A stretch of DNA of 64,000 nucleotides from Asterias rubens (Eukaryota), in assembly GCF_902459465.1 (NCBI RefSeq), contig NC_047066.1, forward strand, positions 9,796,001-9,860,000. Reading direction: 5' to 3'. This document shows, piece by piece, positions 58,186 through 64,000 of this stretch. The position numbers and the translations under genes are program-made. The notes beneath the pieces were generated by a model. That model did no database searches, was not told where the DNA came from, and worked only from the letters and a program-made list of their open reading frames with translations. Position 1 is the first letter of the stretch; each line of letters opens with the position of its first letter.

Positions 58186-59617
58186 AAAACGTTGACAATT
58201 GCGTCTAACTTTCCACTCGACTCAAGACCGCCGGCTGTCTGCTCCTTCCTTAAAAAATTAAAACCAACAACCTGTGATTTTTTGTTTCCTGTTTAATTAT
58301 TGCTTTTAATTAAACTGAAACAGTTTCCGTAGTATTATATTGCTTAGCCACGCACGTTAAACTCATATTGCATCATCTTTGCTTTTAAAGAAAACATCAC
58401 CATTTGGAGCTCAAACTGAGCTTGTTTGTTGAAAAAAAAACTTTAATTAAAAGGTTTCACGCCGTTTTGGAATTTATTGGGTAAATGTTATTTTGTTTTA
58501 GAGCCACAACGACATCGGGTGTTTGTATTTGTGAAGACTGCAATGAGTGACAGCTAAGGGCAGCTGTTGACGGAACCTCAGAAGGTAATATAAACGGCTT
58601 GAAATGGAGACCAAACAACAGTGGATCAGGAGACACCGGCGGGTTTATCACAAGCACTGAGGTAGGTACACTAATATTGGTCCAAAGGGCACTGGGGTCG
58701 ATTTCACAAAGAGTTAGGACTAGTCCTAACTTAGGACTAGTCCTAGGAGATACACAAATTGCATGGATAGTCCTAAGTTAGGACGGGTAACTGGTCCTAT
58801 CTCGAGATAGGACTAGCCCTAACTCTTTGTGAAATCTGGCACTGGACACCTTCGGTATATTTCAAAGACAAGTATTCTCATTCGGTGTATCCCAACATGC
58901 ATAAAATAACAAATCTGTGAAACTTTGGAATCGGTTGGTCATCGAAGTTGCAAGAGAATAATGAAAGAAAAACACTCTCAGATGCCTGAAAAGGGCTTTA
59001 TAGGCTTGAAGCCGTTTAATTATTTGAGTGAGAAATTACCTCTTTCTCAAAAACTATACGTTACTTCAAAGGGAGCCATTCTCACAATGTTCTGTATCAC
59101 AAACCGCTCTCCATGCGGCTCGTTACAAAGTTTTTGTAACAATGTTTTTGAGTTACCACTATAGTGTACAGTCAGTACCTTTAATTAAACAGAAACTTGA
59201 GCGTAGAAAAATTAACGGGGATGCCATTTAAACTTGTTTTTAATGTGTTTGTTTTTCATTTAAATGTTACTTTGATGTTCATACACTTCTGAGTTTTCGT
59301 GTGTCTTATAAGCAATATAGGCCGAATCAGCAATCTCTTAATATAAAAGAGTGAACATTTCACTCTGTCCGAGTGGTGTCAGCTCTTTTGAGAGTGAGAG
59401 TCAATCGGTGTCACTCTTTTTGAGGGAAATTGGAACGAACTTCACTCTAAATCGAGTTGAAAGTACATGCCTTTCACTTCAAACAAGAGTTGTCCGTCAT
59501 ATTATGGCTCTTTGCAAGTACGAGAGTTCTGCCGTTGACGGCGTGCGTCAAGATGACAGTACGTCATTAGATGTTGCTTCTTTGTACTTCCATGTTGCAA
59601 CAAATAGGTTATAATCA

Positions 59618-59726
59618 GGCCCTTTTCTAAACCACGACTTCGGCTTTGGATTCAGCTCAGGGCTTCAGACCAGAGAATGGAGACTGAAGCCGAATCCAAA
59701 GCCGAAGCCGTGGTTTCGAAGGGGCC
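59618..59726. mobile_element. ~110-bp hairpin MITE (Harbinger-like)
   Basis: GGCCCTTTTCTAAACCACG.CTTCGGCTTTGGATTC / GAATCCAAAGCCGAAGCCGTGGTTTCGAAGGGGCC. Confidence 0.65.
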
Positions 59727-61363
59727 TTAGATTGGTACTATTATTATACTATCCATTTGAGATAACTTGCACTTGCAAGTGGTGTACACTGCGCTGCCGT
59801 TGCTCACACCTTGGCAGCGCAAGGTTTGAACACTTTGACGTAGACAAACCGTGGTCTTTTAACGCAAGATTGTGTAAAACAAAAATTCGATAATGAGGTT
59901 GTCGATGTCTTTGTGTACGAAACCTAATACCCTGCCAGCATCGCAGCAATGCTCCGCCCACCGCGCACGTGAGCAAGACACGTGTACGAGCACTCCCAAT
60001 GACATTCTGCACGATTCTGCCGCGCGTGCCAAATAATATACGCGCACGCATGACCGAGTTTGTCCGACCACAATCATTGCTGTGATTGGTCAAATGGGTG
60101 AACGCGCACAGTTTGATTGACAGGCCGGATCGGTCCATTAAGTGCGCGGCATGCGGTACTTGCGCGCTTCAACATGTCAGTTGCGATGCCGTTGCTTTTT
60201 GACAGGGGGGGGGGGGGCGGAAGGGGTCGCGCCACGAACCCGCCACCTACGTTGAAAATAATCTCATTCTTCTCTCGCGACGAGCGCCGGTCGAAGCTCT
60301 CCTTACAAACCTACGCAAACGGCGCGCTCTGTAGTGCACGTATACATTCCCTGTATAAAATTTAAAGATTTCGAATACGTTCTCCCCTTTGAACGCAGGC
60401 GCGGCCGTTGAGACTGCCTGGATGGGTCCATTTAATCAAAGGGTGCGTTTGTCTCTAAATAATGTTAGTTCACCCAATGTCTACACTAGAAAACCTCGTA
60501 AATGATTTTTTGTTGCATTGCCAACTGCTTTAGTAATTTAATAATTTAATAAGCAACATAAATTTAGCGTAAACGACATGTCTTACATATTATGTTTAAG
60601 ATGTGCGCTTGCCTCAGTAAGATCTATCCCTCATCACAACATTTAGTAAAAAAAATCAGAGGATGAACGATAATTTTGTTCACATTATGTCGATGTTTAT
60701 AGCCATTTTAGGGGTGACGTTTTGTAACAAAACTCCCGCCTGGACCCATTCATACACGTTGGCCGCTGCAATAAGCCAACGGAAAATTTCGGTAAAATGT
60801 TTAAGCTTTTTATGTAAAACTAACCAGTTTAACAATTGAAAATGCTCTTACAATAAGTACTGTTATGTTTTCAGTGCTGTTAAAGAGAGAATTTCAGCGG
60901 TATTCATGTTATCTTTTCTTGTTTAATATTGTCATCACCTATTTTTAAAATGGGTGTACCCAAAACGCGCTAGCAAATGATTGCGCAATACCCCTTCCGC
61001 CCCCCCCTGCTTTTTGACTAATGAAAATCATGCTAGAGCCACTCTTTTGCGGTCAAACATTTTCCTCTGAAATGAATTCATTTTCCAAAACTGTCAGGGC
61101 CTACCCGAAACCTACAAAAAACGCAATCAGCTACCTGATTCTGGTTGTTATAACCAATCTAAGGACATTTTTCGTACACTCTGCTGAATACATATTTTCT
61201 CTCGACTCAAAAGATTTGCTATTTATTGTATATAGTTGATTAAATAAAACTTGTGTGGCTATTCTGTCAGTCCTACAAATACTGTATGTAACACTCTTAT
61301 CCACTTATTTCGAAGGAGCGTAATCAATTCAAGGAGTTTACCGTTGGAAGGACTGGTACAAAG

Positions 61364-63364
61364 ATGGCGAAGTCTACTCTGCTACTATTGGTGGTGCTGG
61401 CTGCAATAATACGTGGAACGGTGCAGACGTTCGTGATTGAAGGTAATAAGCTTTCGGCGAATAAAAATAAAACCGTGCCGCTAGAAACAATGCTCATCTC
61501 AAAATATTAAAGTCATGTCATCATCAACATCATCATTTAGGCTATGTTTATCCAGTGTATGATCTAGCCCTCCTAGGGTCGACGCCGTTTGTTTCTATTT
61601 CTTGCGGTTCTTGTCCATGTTGCTCCTATACATAAACCCTGCTGACATCTCTCCATCTTCTTCTCTGTCACCTCTTTTTCTTTTACCTGTCCTTGGTTGC
61701 CATTCCATTATTCTTGTTGTCCATCAATTGTCATTTCTTCGGGCAGTGTGTCAAGCCCATCTCCATTTAGCCTTGATTTATTGCTTGGCATTTAAAGGCT
61801 CTGGACACTGTTGGTAATTGTCAAAGACCAGTCTTCTCACTTGGTGTATCTCAACAATTATGCATAAAATAACAAACCTGTGAATATTTGAGCTTAATTG
61901 GTCGTCGAAGCTGCGAGATAATAATGAAAGAAATCACATTAAGTTGTGTGCTTTTAGATGCTTGATTTCGAGACCTCAAATTCTAAACTTGAGGTCTCGA
62001 AATCAAATTCGTGGAAAATTACTTCTTTCTCGAAAACTACGTCACTTCAGAGGGAGCTGTTTCTCACAATGTTGTATACTATCAACCTCTCCAAACTACT
62101 TGTTACCAAGTAAGGTTTTATGTAGATAATTATTTTGAGCAATTAGTGTCCATTACCTTTAATCCTGTCTTTAATTAGTCATCAAAATTGTAGGAAGAAA
62201 ACTCTAGCAATTCCCACAGTCTTCCAGATTCACCATTCAAGGGGCGGAGCGATTAATATTTCCACAGGTGGATCGAAGTACATCAAACTATCAATGTTGT
62301 ACTATTATGTAGATCAGCAGTAAAAGTTATTCCTTGTACAAACTTGACCCTCCTTAAACATTTCCTTTGGGTCCAGACCGAAAGTAGAAATAAATATGTT
62401 TCATTTGAGATCTACAGACATGTTGGAGGTGGTTTGTTTGGAATAATCAGCGTTCAGATAAAAACCAAAAACATCGGCAAGTAGTGCACCTCGAGTCCTC
62501 TAGATTTTACAATCACAAAATTAAATTTAATAACACTGACGAAGAAGATGGCAAATATAGTATGTAGAATGTGAATTCTACATTCTTGTAGAATGTGAAT
62601 TCCTTCGTGACGTCATCTTATTTTAGAGCGCCCCTTGTAGTAGATGTAAAATTGGTTCGCTATCAATACCAAGTTTATCTCATTTTGCAATTATTTCACG
62701 TCATGCTGATATCTAACTTTATCAACATACCAAGTTTCGATACGTCATGTCATCAAGGATCAAATTAGTTGAGTTTTAAAGGGACACGTTGCCTTGGATC
62801 GGTCGAGTTGGTCCATGAAAAGCGTTTGAAACCGTTTGTTATAAAATGCATATGGTTAGAAAGATGTTTTAAAAGTAGAATATATTGATCCACACAAACA
62901 TGCCTCGAAATTGCGTGGTTCCCTTTGCGAACTAACACGGTCGACAATATAAGTCAAAAACTTGATTCCACAACATGGCCGACCGTGTTAGTTCACTGAA
63001 TACTCAGTACTTTCCCGAATTCTGTGGGTAGAAAAATCACGGGCATATTACCGGGTTGGGATCTAAGATGTTGAGGTTTACGTCTATTTTTGTGTTTATT
63101 TTCGATATTATTCTGTAGCTTTTTTAATCATTACTTTTGCCTTTTTTTCCCACCGAAACGCCTTTTAACGAAAAAAAAAAAAAAAAAGTAACCAGATTTA
63201 TTTGTTTATTTCTTCAGGAGATGGCCAAACAGATAATAAAGTGGAATTCACTTGTGAACCTGGACAATTCCGATGCGAGGATCGTACTAAGTGTATCGCG
63301 GAAGAATGGCACTGTGATGGAACCACGCAATGTACCGATAACACTGACGAGGAAAACTGCGAAG
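61364..63364 (+). CDS. Signal-peptide + LDL-receptor class A domain protein, 5' part only. Exons: 61364..61442, 63218..63364
   Basis: [22 protein letters not shown] signal peptide; phase-1 exon encoding [36 protein letters not shown]. The family (LRP, LGR/RXFP-type, protease etc.) cannot be assigned from the window. Confidence 0.8.
61575..61790 (-). mobile_element. Decayed RTE-clade LINE 3' fragment
   Basis: Minus strand reads [33 protein letters not shown], the RTE post-RT C-terminal signature. Confidence 0.7.
61796..62158. mobile_element. Kolobok-type MITE
   Basis: TTAA|AGGCTCTGGACAC ... GTGTCCATTACCT|TTAA. Confidence 0.75.
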
Positions 63365-63796
63365 GTTTGTGATAAAAATAGAAGAAGAAGATTTGTACAA
63401 TACAATTTGGTTTCACTCTTAGGGCCTTTTGTCACACGGCAACTTTTACAGGCAAGTTGGAGGCCTTCCTGCAGTGCATGCAGTGTATGCTATAGGACCA
63501 CTTTCGTAGCACATGAGTCATTTTCCAAACAATACCAATTACAATCCGCAAGAATAATAATGTGAAAATTGAAATGTGAGTGCATTTTTTTCTTAAAGAT
63601 TGTATGATGGAACTGGTTGCCTGTAACTTGACCCGTTTGACATGGCCCTTACACCGATGTGTATTGACCACATGTGTACTCTCCCGAGTTAAAGGGTCTC
63701 TGTACTTTTTGAAGGACAAACAAACAAAATGTCTATGCTACACTAAACTTGTTTTAAGATAATGATAGTAGAAAGCTTCCCTGGAAATAGGTGCTG

Positions 63797-63834
<38 letters not shown>

Positions 63835-64000
63835 ATGAGTAAAAAACTTCGTCTCTGTGATCATGAGATGAAAATTATTATTTTAGCATGAAAAACGTTC
63901 TTTCTGTTTTACTCATTTCTCAAAAACTACAGCACCACAGCCACTATTATTTTAAGGTACGCTTTCTACTATCATAATCTTTAAACGGTATAAGTTTGAT

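Noticed and set aside
59749-60420. ORFs in a CpG-rich segment
   Set aside because: No recognisable domains or splice structure; probably a repeat or regulatory sequence that I cannot classify.

Overview
AT-rich, intron-containing animal genomic DNA. It is most likely an invertebrate deuterostome such as an echinoderm or sea star; this is inferred from the single-copy SRSF1/9 and LC8 loci and the repeat families, not proven. Exon models were built by hand from GT-AG sites with phase checks. They give eight host genes in four head-to-head pairs: PRR11(-)/spinster SPNS1(+), MORN3(-)/MUL1(+), TRIAP1(-)/GATC(+) and SRSF1/9(-)/DYNLL(+). The first exons of a signal-peptide + LDLa-domain gene follow at the right end. 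The TRIAP1-GATC-SRSF-DYNLL block has the order and orientation of human 12q24.31. The most notable non-routine signals are five. (1) Three tiny TSD-flanked elements, including a perfect 32-bp palindrome, match the geometry of P-element excision footprints (17-nt overhangs joined through a TA microhomology). (2) A three-exon hAT-like DDE transposase gene ends in a Spin/Ssty (spindlin Tudor-like) reader domain and is broken by a 13-bp templated insertion. (3) A 3'-UTR exon of SRSF1/9 is packed with 25 GGAU motifs and paired with two alternative donors, one NMD-immune and one NMD-inducing, which makes a candidate autoregulatory switch. (4) A 130-bp near-perfect foldback element has a 10-bp TSD. 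(5) Two tandem duplications create decoy splice sites, in SPNS1 and MORN3. Many Kolobok-type (TTAA) MITEs, Harbinger-like MITEs and tRNA-derived SINEs fill the introns. No intact tRNA, rRNA or CRISPR array was found.
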